Source: Eledone cirrhosa
Taxonomy: Eukaryota
Assembly: GCA_964016885.1 (NCBI GenBank)
Contig: OZ024743.1
Span: 378,510,001-378,574,000 of the forward strand
Length of the DNA: 64,000 bases
Reading direction: 5' to 3'
Below, in pieces: positions 51,701 through 64,000 of this stretch. The number at the start of each line of letters is the position of its first letter. Position 1 is the first letter of the stretch. The translations under genes and the position numbers were made by a program. The notes below the pieces were generated by a model. It was not told where the DNA came from, did not search any database, and was given only the letters and a program-made list of their open reading frames with translations.

Positions 51701-54010
51701 ATACAATATACCTATTCTAAACCAGATATACAGTATACCTATTCTAAACCAGATATACACTATACCTATTCTAAACGAGATATACAGTATACCTATTCTA
51801 AACCAGATATACAATATACCTATTCTAACCAGATATACAGTATACCTATTCTAAACCAGATATACAGTATACCTATCTAAACCAGATATACAATATACCT
51901 ATTCTAAACCAGATATACAATATACCTATTCTAAACCAGATATACAGTATACCTATTCTAAACCAGATATACAATATACCTATTCTAAACCAGATATACA
52001 ATATACCTATTCTAAACCAGATATACAATATACCTATTCTAAACCAGATATACAGTATACCTATTCTAAACCAGATATACAGTATACCTATTCTAAACCA
52101 GATATACAATATACCTATTCTAAACCAGATATACAGTATACCTATTCTAAACCAGATATACAATATACCTATTCTAAACCAGATATACAGTATACCTATT
52201 CTAAACCAGATATACAGTATACCTATTCTAAACCAGATATACAATATACCTATTCTGAACCAGATATACAATATACCTATTCTAAACCAGATATACAATA
52301 TACCTATTCTAAACCAGATATACAGTATACCTATTCTAAACCAGATATACAGTATACCTATTCTAAACCAGATATACAGTATGCCTATTCTAAACCAGAT
52401 ATACAGTATACCTATTCTAAACCAGATATACAATATACCTATTCTAAACCAGATATACAATATACATATTCTAATCCAGATATACAGTATCCCTATTCTA
52501 AACCAGATATACAGTATACCTATTCTAAACCAGATATACAATTTACCTATTCTAAACCAGATATACAATATACCTATTCTAAACCAGATATACAGTATAC
52601 CTATTCTAAACCAGATATACAGTATACCTATTCTAAACGAGATATACAGTATACCTATTCTAAACCAGATATACAATATACCTATTCTAAACCAGATATG
52701 CAGTATACCTATTCTAAACCAGATATACAATATACCTATTCTAAACCAGATATACAATATACCTATTCTAACCCAGATATACAGTATACCTATTCTAAAC
52801 CAGATATACAATATACCTATTCTAAACCAGATATACAATATACCTATTCTAAACCAGATATACAATATACCTATTCTAAACCAGATATACAATATACCTA
52901 TTCTAAACCAGATATGCAGTATACCTATTCTAAACCAGATATACAATATACCTCTTCTAAACCAGATATACAATATACCTATTCTAAACCAGATATACAA
53001 TATACCTATTCTAAACCAGATATACAGTATACCTATTCTAAACCAGATATACAATATACCTATTCTAAACCAGATATACAATATACCTATTCTAAACCAG
53101 ATATGCAGTATACCTATTCTAAACCAGATATACAATATACCTATTCTAAACCAGATATACAATATACCTATTCTAACCCAGATATACAGTATACCTATTC
53201 TAACCAGATATACAATATACCTATTCTAAACCAGATATACAATATACCTATTCTAAACCAGATATACAATATACCTATTCTAAACCAGATATACAATATA
53301 CCTATTCTAAACCAGATATACAGTATACCTATTCTAAACCAGATATACAGTATACCTATTCTAAACCAGATATACAGTATGTCTATTCTAAACCAGATAT
53401 ACAGTATACCTATTCTAAACCAGATATACAATTTACCTATTCTAAACCAGATATACAATATACCTATTCTAAACCAGATATACAGTATACCTATTCTAAA
53501 CCAGATATACAGTATACCTATTCTAAACGAGATATACAGTATACCTATTCTAAACCAGATATACAATATACCTATTCTAAACCAGATATACAGTATACCT
53601 ATTCTAAACCAGATATACAGTATACCTATTCTAAACCAGATATACAATATACCTATTCTAAACCAGATATACAATATACCTATTCTAACGCAGATATACA
53701 GTATACCTATTCTAAACCAGATATACAATATACCTATTCTAAACCAGATATACAATATACCTATTCTAAACCAGATATACAGTATACCTATTCTAAACCA
53801 GATATACAGTATACCTATTCTAAACCAGATATACAGTATACCTATTCTAAACCAGATATATAGTATACCTATTCTAAACCAGATATACATTATACCTATT
53901 CTAAACCCGATATACAGTATACCTATTCTAAACCAGATATACAATATACCTATTCTAAAGCAGATATACAATATACCTATTCTAAACCAGATATACAATA
54001 TACCTCTTCT
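48740..54010 (-). repeat. Higher-order repeat of array B, ~2805 bp (~104 monomers), ~2 copies; mirrored at ~43470-48700
   Basis: Markers recur at an offset of 2804-2805: CACTA 48955/51760, TATGCC 49578/52383, ATGTCT 50577/53381, AAAGCAG ~51155/~53960. In the left arm the offset is ~2800 (GGGATAC 44991/47791; GACATAC 44102/46901). Confidence 0.85.
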
Positions 54011-57000
54011 AAACCAGATATACAATATACCTATTCTAAACCAGATATACAATATACCTATTCTAAACCAGATATACAATATACCTATTCTAACCAGATA
54101 TACAGTATACCTATTCTAAACCCGATATACAGTATACCTATTCTAAACCAGATATACAATATACCTATTCTAAACCAGATATACAGTATACCTATTCTAA
54201 ACCAGATATACAATATACCTATTCTAAACCAGATATACAATATACCTATTCTAAACCAGATATACAATATACCTCTTCTAAACCAGATATACAGTATACC
54301 TATTCTAAACCAGATATACAATATACCTATTCTAAACCAGATATACAGTATACCTATTCTAAACCAGATATACAGTATACCTATTCTAAACCAGATATAC
54401 AATATACCTATTCTAAACCAGATATACAATATACCTATTCTAAACCAGATATACAATATACCTATTCTAAACAGATATACAGCATACCTATTCTAAACCA
54501 GATATACAGTATACCTATTCTAAACCAGATATACAATATACCTATTCTAAACCAGATATACAATATACCTATTCTAAACCAGATATACAGTATACCTATT
54601 CTAAACCAGATATACAGTATACCTATTCTAAACCAGATATACAGTATACCTATTCTAAACCAGATATACAGTATACCTATTCTAAACCAGATATACAATA
54701 TACCTATTCTAAACCAGATATACAATATACCTATTCTAAACCAGATATACAGTATACCTATTCTAAACCAGATATACAATATACCTATTCTAAACCAGAT
54801 ATACAGTATACCTATTCTAAACCAGATATACAGTATACCTATTCTAAACCAGATATACAATATACCTTTCTAAACCAGATATACAATATGCCTATTCTAA
54901 ACCAGATATACATTATACCTATTCTAAACCAGATATACAGTATACCTATTCTAAACCAGATATACAATATACCTATTCTAAACCAGATATACAATATACC
55001 TATTCTAAACCAGATATACAGTATACCTATTCTAAACCAGATATACACTATACCTATTCTAAACCAGATATACAGTATACCTATTCTAAACCAGATATAC
55101 AGTATACCTATTCTAAACCAGATATACAGTATACCTATTCTAAACCAGATATACAATATACCTATTCTAAACCAGATATACAATATACCTATTCTAAACC
55201 AGATATACAGTATACCTATTCTAAACCAGATATACAATATACCTATTCTAAACCAGATATACAATATACCTATTCTAAACCAGATATACAGTATACCTAT
55301 TCTAAACCAGATATACAATATACCTATTCTAAACCAGATATACAATATACCTATTCTAAACCAGATATACAGTATACCTATTCTAAACCAGATATACAGT
55401 ATACCTATTCTAAACGAGATATACAGTATACCTATTCTAAACCAGATATACAATATACCTATTCTAAACCAGATATACAGTATACCTATTCTAAACCAGA
55501 TATACAGTATACCTATTCTAAACCAGATATACAATATACCTATTCTAAACCAGATATACAATATACCTATTCTAACCAGATATACAGTATACCTATTCTA
55601 AACCAGATATACAATATACCTATTCTAAACCAGATATACAATATACCTATTCTAAACCAGATATACAATATACCTATTCTAAACCAGATATACAGTATAC
55701 CTATTCTAAACCAGATATACAGTATACCTATTCTAAACCAGATATACAGTATACCTATTCTAAACAGATATACAGTATACCTATTCTAAACCAGATATAC
55801 ATTATACCTATTCTAAACCCGATATACAGTATACCTATTCTAAACCAGATATACAATATACCTATTCTAAAGCAGATATACAATATACCTATTCTAAACC
55901 AGATATACAATATACCTCTTCTAAACCAGATATACAATATACCTATTCTAAACCAGATATACAGTATACCTATTCTAAACCAGATATACAATATACCTAT
56001 TCTAAACCAGATATACAGTATACCTATTCTAAACCCGATATACAGTATACCTATTCTAAACCAGATATACAATATACCTATTCTAAACCAGATATACAGT
56101 ATACCTATTCTAAACCAGATATACAATATACCTATTCTAAACCAGATATACAATATACCTATTCTAAACCAGATATACAATATACCTCTTCTAAACCAGA
56201 TATACAGTATACCTATTCTAAACCAGATATACAATATACCTATTCTAAACCAGATATACAGTATACCTATTCTAAACCAGATATACAGTATACCTATTCT
56301 AAACCAGATATACAATATACCTATTCTAAACCAGATATACAATATACCTATTCTAAACCAGATATACAATATACCTATTCTAAACCAGATATACAGCATA
56401 CCTATTCTAAACCAGATATACAGTATACGCTATTCTAAACCAGATATACAATATACCTATTCTAAACCAGATATACAATATACCTATTCTAAACCAGATA
56501 TACAGTATACCTATTCTAAACCAGATATACAGTATACCTATTCTAAACCAGATATACAGTATACCTATTCTAAACCAGATATACAGTATACCTATTCTAA
56601 ACCAGATATACAGTATACCTATTCTAAACCAGATATACAATATACCTATTCTAAACCAGATATACAATATACCTATTCTAAACCAGATATACAGTATACC
56701 TATTCTAAACCAGATATACAATATACCTATTCTAAACCAGATATACAGTATACCTATTCTAAACCAGATATACAGTATACCTATTCTAAACCAGATATAC
56801 AATATACCTATTCTAAACCAGATATACAATATACCTATTCTAAACCAGATATACAATATACCTATTCTAAACCAGATATACAGTATACCTATTCTAAACC
56901 AGATATACAATATACCTATTCTAAACCAGATATACAATATACCTATTCTAAACCAGATATACAGTATACCTATTCTAAACCAGATATACACTATACCTAT

Positions 57001-57300
57001 TCTAAACCAGATATACAGTATACCTATTCTAAACCAGATATACAGTATACCTATTCTAAACCAGATATACAGTATACCTATTCTAAACCAGATATACAAT
57101 ATACCTATTCTAAACCAGATATACAATATACCTATTCTAAACCAGATATACAGTATACCTATTCTAAACCAGATATACAATATACCTATTCTAAACCAGA
57201 TATACAATATACCTATTCTAAACCAGATATACAGTATACCTATTCTAAACCAGATATACAGTATACCTATTCTAAACCAGATATACAATATACCTATTCT
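53880..57300 (-). repeat. ~1.91-kb block duplication (~71 monomers) in array B
   Basis: The marker series CATT, CCCG, AAGCAG, CCTCTT, CCCG, CCTCTT, CAGCATA at ~53888-54483 recurs at ~55800-56397 (offset ~1913). The right boundary is approximate. Confidence 0.75.
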
Positions 57301-57479
57301 AAACCAGATATACAATATACCTATTCTAAACCAGATATACAATATACCTATTCTAAACCAGATATACAGTATACCTATTCTAAACCAGATATACAATATA
57401 CCTATTCTAAACCAGATATACAGTATACCTATTCTAAACCAGATATACAATATACCTATTCTAAACCAGATATACAATA

Positions 57480-60400
57480 TACCTATTCTAAACCAGATAT
57501 ACAATATACATATTCTAAACCAGATATACAGTATACCTATTCTAAACCAGATATACAATATACCTATTCTAAACCAGATACACAATATACCTATTCTAAA
57601 CCAGATATACAATATACCTATTCTAAACCAGATATACAATATACCTATTCTAAACCAGATATACAATATACCTATTCTAAACCAGATATACAATATACCT
57701 ATTCTAAACCAGATATACAGTATACCTATTCTAAACCAGATATACAGTATACCTCTTCTAAACCAGATATACAATATACCTATTCTAAACCAGATATACA
57801 ATGTACCTATTCTAAACCAGATATACAGTATACCTATTCTAAACCAGATATACAATATACCTATTCTAAACCAGATATACAGTATACCTATTCTAAACCA
57901 GATATACAATATACCTATTCTAAACCAGATATACAATATACCTATTCTAAACCAGATATACAATATACCTATTCTAAACCAGATATACAATATACCTATT
58001 CTAAACCAGATATACAGTATACCTATTCTAAACCCGATATACAGTATACCTATTCTAAACCAGATATACAGTATACCTATTCTAAACCAGATATACAGTA
58101 TACCTATTCTAAACCAGATATACAGTATACCTATTCTAAACCAGATATACAATATACCTATTCTAAACCAGATATACAGTATACCTATTCTAAACCAGAT
58201 ATACAATATACCTATTCTAAACCCGATATACAGTATACCTATTCTAAACCAGATATACAGTATACCTATTCTAAACCAGATATACAATATACCTATTCTA
58301 AACCAGATATACAATATACCTATTCTAAACCAGATATACAGTATACCTATTCTAAACCAGATATACAGTATACCTATTCTAAACCAGATATACAGTATAC
58401 TATTCTAAACCAGATATACAGTATACCTATTCTAAACCAGATATACAGTATACCTATTCTAAACCAGATATACAGTATACCTATTCTAAACCAGATATAC
58501 AGTATACCTATTCTAAACCAGATATACAGTATACCTATTCTAAACCAGATATACAGTATACCTATTCTAAACCAGATATACAATATACCTATTCTAAACC
58601 AGATATACAATATACCTATTCTAAACCAGATATACAGTATACCTATTCTAAACCAGATATACAATATACCTATTCTAAACCAGATATACAGTATACCTAT
58701 TCTAAACCAGATATACAGTATACCTATTCTAAACCAGATATACAATATACTTATTCTAAACCAGATATACAATATACCTATTCTAAACCAGATATACAAT
58801 ATACCTATTCTAAACCAGATATACAATATACCTATTCTAAACCAGATATACAATATACCTATTCTAAACCAGATATACAATATACCTATTCTAAACCAGA
58901 TATACAGTATACCTATTCTAAACCAGATATACAGTATACCTATTCTAAACCAGATATACACTATACCTATTCTAAACCAGATATACAGTATACCTATTCT
59001 AAACCAGATATACAATATACCTATTCTAAACAGATATACAGTATACCTATTCTAAACCAGATATACAATATACCTATTCTAAACCAGATATACAATATAC
59101 CTATTCTAAACCAGATATACAGTATACCTATTCTAAACCAGATATACAATATACCTATTCTAAACCAGATATACAATATACCTATTCTAAACCAGATATA
59201 CAGTATACCTATTCTAAACCAGATATACAATTTACCTATTCTAAACAGATATACAATATACCTATTCTAAACCAGATATACAGTATACCTATTCTAAACC
59301 AGATATACAGTATACCTATTCTAAACGAGATATACAGTATACCTATTCTAAACCAGATATACAATATACCTATTCTAAACCAGATATACAGTATACCTAT
59401 TCTAAACCAGATATACAGTATACCTATTCTAAACCAGATATACAATATACCTATTCTAAACCAGATATACAATATACCTATTCTAAACCAGATATACAGT
59501 ATACCTATTCTAAACCAGATATACAATATACCTATTCTAAACCAGATATACAATATACCTATTCTAAACCAGATATACAATATACCTATTCTAAACCAGA
59601 TATACAGTATACCTATTCTAAACCAGATATACAGTATACCTATTCTAACCAGATATACAGTATACTATTCTAAACCAGATATACAGTATACCTATTCTAA
59701 ACCAGATATACATTATACCTATTCTAAACCAGATATACAGTATACCTATTCTAAACCAGATATACAATATACCTATTCTAAACAGATATACAATATACCT
59801 ATTCTAAACCAGATATACAATATACCTCTTCTAAACCAGATATACAGTATACCTATTCTAAACCAGATATACAATATACCTATTCTAAACCAGATATACA
59901 ATATACCTATTCTAAACCAGATATACAGTATACCTATTCTAAACCCGATATACAGTATACCTATTCTAAACCAGATATACAATATACCTATTCTAAACCA
60001 GATATACAGTATACCTATTCTAAACCAGATATACAATATACCTATTCTAAACCAGATATACAGTATACCTATTCTAAACCAGATATACAATATACCTATT
60101 CTAAACCAGATATACAGTATACCTATTCTAAACCAGATATACAATATACCTATTCTAACCAGATATACAATATACCTATTCTAAACCAGATATACAATAT
60201 ACCTATTCTAAACCAGATATACAATATACCTATTCTAAACCAGATATACAGTATACCTATTCTAAACCAGATATACAGTATACCTATTCTAAACCAGATA
60301 TACAGTATACCTATTCTAAACCAGATATACAGTATACCTATTCTAAACCAGATATACAGTATACCTATTCTAAACCAGATATACAATATACCTATTCTAA

Positions 60401-63300
60401 CCAGATATACAGTATACCTATTCTAAACCAGATATACAATATACCTATTCTAAACCAGATATACAGTATACCTATTCTAAACCAGATATACAGTATACCT
60501 ATTCTAAACCAGATATACAGTATACCTATTCTAAACCAGATATACAGTATACCTATTCTAAACCAGATATACAGTATACCTATTCTAAACCGATATACAG
60601 TATACCTATCTAAACCAGATATACAATATACCTATTCTAAACCAGATATACAGTATACCTATTCTAAACCAGATATACAATATACCTATTCTAAACCAGA
60701 TATACAGTATACCTATTCTAAACCAGATATACAATATACCTATTCTAAACAGATATACAATATACCTATTCTAAACCAGATATACAATATACCTATTCTA
60801 AACCAGATATACAGTATACCTATTCTAAACCAGATATACAATATACCTATTCTAAACCAGATATACAGTATACCTATTCTAAACCAGATATACAGTATAC
60901 CTATTCTAAACCAGATATACAGTATACCTATTCTAAACCAGATATACAGTATACCTATTCTAACCAGATATACAATATACCTATTCTAAACAGATATACA
61001 GTATACCTATTCTAAACCAGATATACAGTATACCTATTCTAAACCAGATTATACAAGATACCTATTCTAAACCAGATATACAATATACCTATTCTAAACC
61101 AGATATACAGTATACCTATTCTAAACCAGATATACAATATACCTATTCTAAACCAGATATACAGTATACCTATTCTAAACCAGATATACAGTATACCTAT
61201 TCTAAACCAGTATACAATATACCTTTCTAACCAGATATACAGTATACCTATTCTAAACCAGATATACAGTATACCTATTCTAAACCAGATATACAAGTAT
61301 AACCTATTCTAAACCAGATATTACAATATACCTATTCTAAACCAGATATACAGTATACCTATTCTAAACCAGATATACAGTATACCTATTCTAAACCAGA
61401 TATACAGTATACCTATTCTAAACCAGATATACAGTATACCTATTCTAAACCAGATATACAGTATACCTATTCTAAACCAGATATACAGTATACCTATTCT
61501 AAACCAGATATACAATATACCTATTCTAAACAGATATACAATATACCTATTCTAAACCAGATATACAGTATACCTATTCTAAACCAGATATACACCAGAT
61601 ATACAGTATACCTATTCTAAACCAGATATACAGTATACCTATTCTAAACCAGATATACAATATACCTATTCTAAACCAGATATACAATATACCTATTCTA
61701 AACCAGATATACAATATACCTATTCTAAACCAGATATACAGTATACCTATTCTAAACCAGATATACAATATACCTATTCTAAACCAGATATACAATATAC
61801 CTATTCTAAACCAGATATACAGTATACCTATTCTAAACCAGATATACACTATACCTATTCTAAACCAGATATACAGTATACCTATTCTAAACCAGATATA
61901 CAATATACCTATTCTAAACCAGATATACAGTATACCTATTCTAAACCAGATATACAATATACCTATTCTAAACCAGATATACAGTATACCTATTCTAAAC
62001 CAGATATACAATATACCTATTCTAAACCAGATATACAATATACCTATTCTAAACCAGATATACAATATACCTATTCTAAACCAGATATACAGTATACCTA
62101 TTCTAAACCAGATATACAGTATACCTATTCTAAACCAGATATACAATATACCTATTCTAAACCAGATATACAGTATACCTATTCTAAACCAGATATACAG
62201 TATACCTATTCTAAACCAGATATACAATATACCTATTCTAAACCAGATATACAATATACCTATTCTAAACCAGATATACAATATACCTATTCTAAACCAG
62301 ATATACAGTATACCTATTCTAAACCAGATATACAGTATACCTATTCTAAACCAGATATACAGTATACCTATTCTAAACCAGATATACAATATACCTATTC
62401 TAAACCAGATATACAATATACCTATTCTAAACCAGATATACAGTATACCTATTCTAAACCAGATATACAGTATACCTATTCTAAACCAGATATACAATAT
62501 ACCTATTCTAAACCAGATATACAATATACATATTCTAAACCAGATATACAGTATACCTATTCTAAACCAGATATACAATATACCTATTCTAAACCAGATA
62601 TACAATATACCTATTCTAAACCAGATATACAATATACCTATTCTAAACCAGATATACAATATACCTATTCTAAACCAGATATACAATATACCTATTCTAA
62701 ACCAGATATACAATATACCTATTCTAAACCAGATATACAGTATACCTATTCTAAACCAGATATACAGTATACCTCTTCTAAACCAGATATACAATATACC
62801 TATTCTAAACCATATATACAATGTACCTATTCTAAACCAGATATACAGTATACCTATTCTAAACCAGATATACAATATACCTATTCTAAACCAGATATAC
62901 AGTATACCTATTCTAAACCAGATATACAATATACCTATTCTAAACCAGATATACAATATACCTATTCTTAACCAGATATACAATATACCTGTTCTAAACC
63001 AGATATACAATATACCTATTCTAAACCAGATATACAGTATAGCTATTCTAAACCCGATATTCAGTATACCTATTCTAAACCAGATATACAGTATACCTAT
63101 TCTAAACCAGATATACAGTATACCTATTCTAAACCAGATATACAGTATACCTATTCTAAACCAGATATACAATATACCTATTCTAAACCAGATATACAGT
63201 ATACCTATTCTAAACCAGATATACAATATACCTATTCTAAACCCGATATACAGTATACCTATTCTAAACCAGATATACAGTATACCTATTCTAAACCAGA
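57480..63300 (-). repeat. Block of array B repeated at a 5020-bp offset (~186 monomers)
   Basis: ACAATATACA 57501/62521, ACCTCTTCTA 57751/62771, ATGTACCTAT 57801/62821, AACCCGATAT 58031/63051, ACCCGATATA 58221/63241. Confidence 0.8.
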
Positions 63301-64000
63301 TATACAGTATACCTATTCTAAACCAGATATACAATATACCTATTCTAAACCTGATATACAGTATACCTATTCTAAACCAGATATACAATATACCTATTCT
63401 AAACCAGATATACAATATTCCTATTCTAAACCAGATATACAGTATACCTATTCTAAACCAGATATACAATATACCTATTCTAAACCAGATATACAGTATA
63501 CCTATTCTAAACCAGATATACAATATACCTATTCTAAACCAGATATACAGTATACCTATTCTAAACCAGATATACAATATCTATATTCTAAACCAGATAT
63601 ACAGTATACCTATTCTAAACCCGATATACAGTATACCTATTCTAAACCAGATATACAATATACCTATTCTAAACCAGATATACAGTATACCTATTCTAAA
63701 CCAGATATACAGTATACCTATTCTAAACCAGATATACAATATACCTATTCTAAACCAGATATACAGTATACCTATTCTAAACCAGATATACAATATACCT
63801 ATTCTAAAGAAGATATACAATATACCTATTCTAAACAAGATATACAGTATACCTATTCTAAACCAGATATACAATATACCTATTCTAAACCAGATATACA
63901 ATATACCTCTTCTAAACCAGATATACAGTATACCTATTCTAAACCAGATATACAATATACCTATTCTAAACCAGATATACAGTATACCTATTCTAAACCA

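Larger units (their letters stand above)
39480..58020. repeat. Long inverted duplication (palindrome), arms ~9 kb, symmetry centre ~48740
   Basis: Rare variant monomers pair in mirror order with near-constant coordinate sums (~97480-97505). Examples: TAGTG 48522/CACTA 48955; GGGATAC 47791/GTATCCC 49681; AGACATAC 44101/GTATGTCT ~53380; GGCATA 42601/TATGCC ~54888; TAGTG 40513/CACTA 56991; GAAGAGG ~39748/CCTCTT ~57754. Confidence 0.88.
48711..64000 (-). repeat. Satellite array B, inverted arm: TATTCTAAACCAGATATACA[G/A]TATACC, roughly 565 copies
   Basis: Exact reverse complement of the forward monomer from 48711 to the window end. Confidence 0.98.

Noticed and set aside
39480-58020. Foldback-type transposon with long modular terminal inverted repeats
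   Set aside because: There is no internal non-repeat sequence, no defined outer termini and no target-site duplication; the same satellite continues beyond both arms.
29398-63955. All ORFs in the supplied track (poly-LYIWFRIGI, poly-QYTYSKPDI, poly-NQIYSIPIL; up to 1401 aa)
   Set aside because: A 27-bp monomer is a multiple of 3 and lacks stops in three frames, so long ORFs are automatic. Starts and ends coincide with single-base variants or indels, there are no non-repetitive domains, and the first ORF reads through Ns.
29601-64000. CRISPR array or prokaryotic iterons suggested by the 27-bp repeat length
   Set aside because: The monomers are directly head-to-tail without spacers over 34 kb, and no genes are present.
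29601-64000. Canonical telomeric repeat or telomere-telomere fusion (GGTTTAG and TAGG resemble TTTAGGG/TTAGG; inverted junction)
   Set aside because: There are no tandem canonical telomere units and the resemblance is limited to 4-7 nt. The mirrored variants indicate self-copying rather than fusion of two independent ends, although a sister-type fold-back cannot be excluded.
29601-64000. TATA-like promoter motifs (GTATA, TATAT) in each monomer
   Set aside because: They are expected in an AT-rich repeat, do not match TATAWAW, and have no downstream gene.

Overview
The window has no recognisable genes. It consists of two different tandem satellite arrays, most likely eukaryotic heterochromatin, separated by a 200-N scaffold gap at 29401-29600. 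Array A (1-29400) has a 45-53 bp monomer, modal 49 bp: GAGAAACTGGGGTAGTGGTGGGGTGTAAAA-(CT)n-AGTGTA[A/G], with a G-rich + strand and kb-scale block duplications. Array B (29601-64000) has an AT-rich 27-bp monomer, GGTATA[C/T]TGTATATCTGGTTTAGAATA, which switches orientation at about 48711. Rare variant monomers show that this switch is a fold-back: about 9 kb on each side are mirror copies (about 39.5-58.0 kb), joined through a TATAC microhomology with about 2 unpaired monomers. The fold-back could be a real palindromic rearrangement, but the error pattern of the left arm makes a chimeric-read or assembly artefact at least as likely. All listed ORFs are by-products of the 27-bp period. I find no support for a novel coding system; the interest here is structural. 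All periods and coordinates were read by eye and are approximate.
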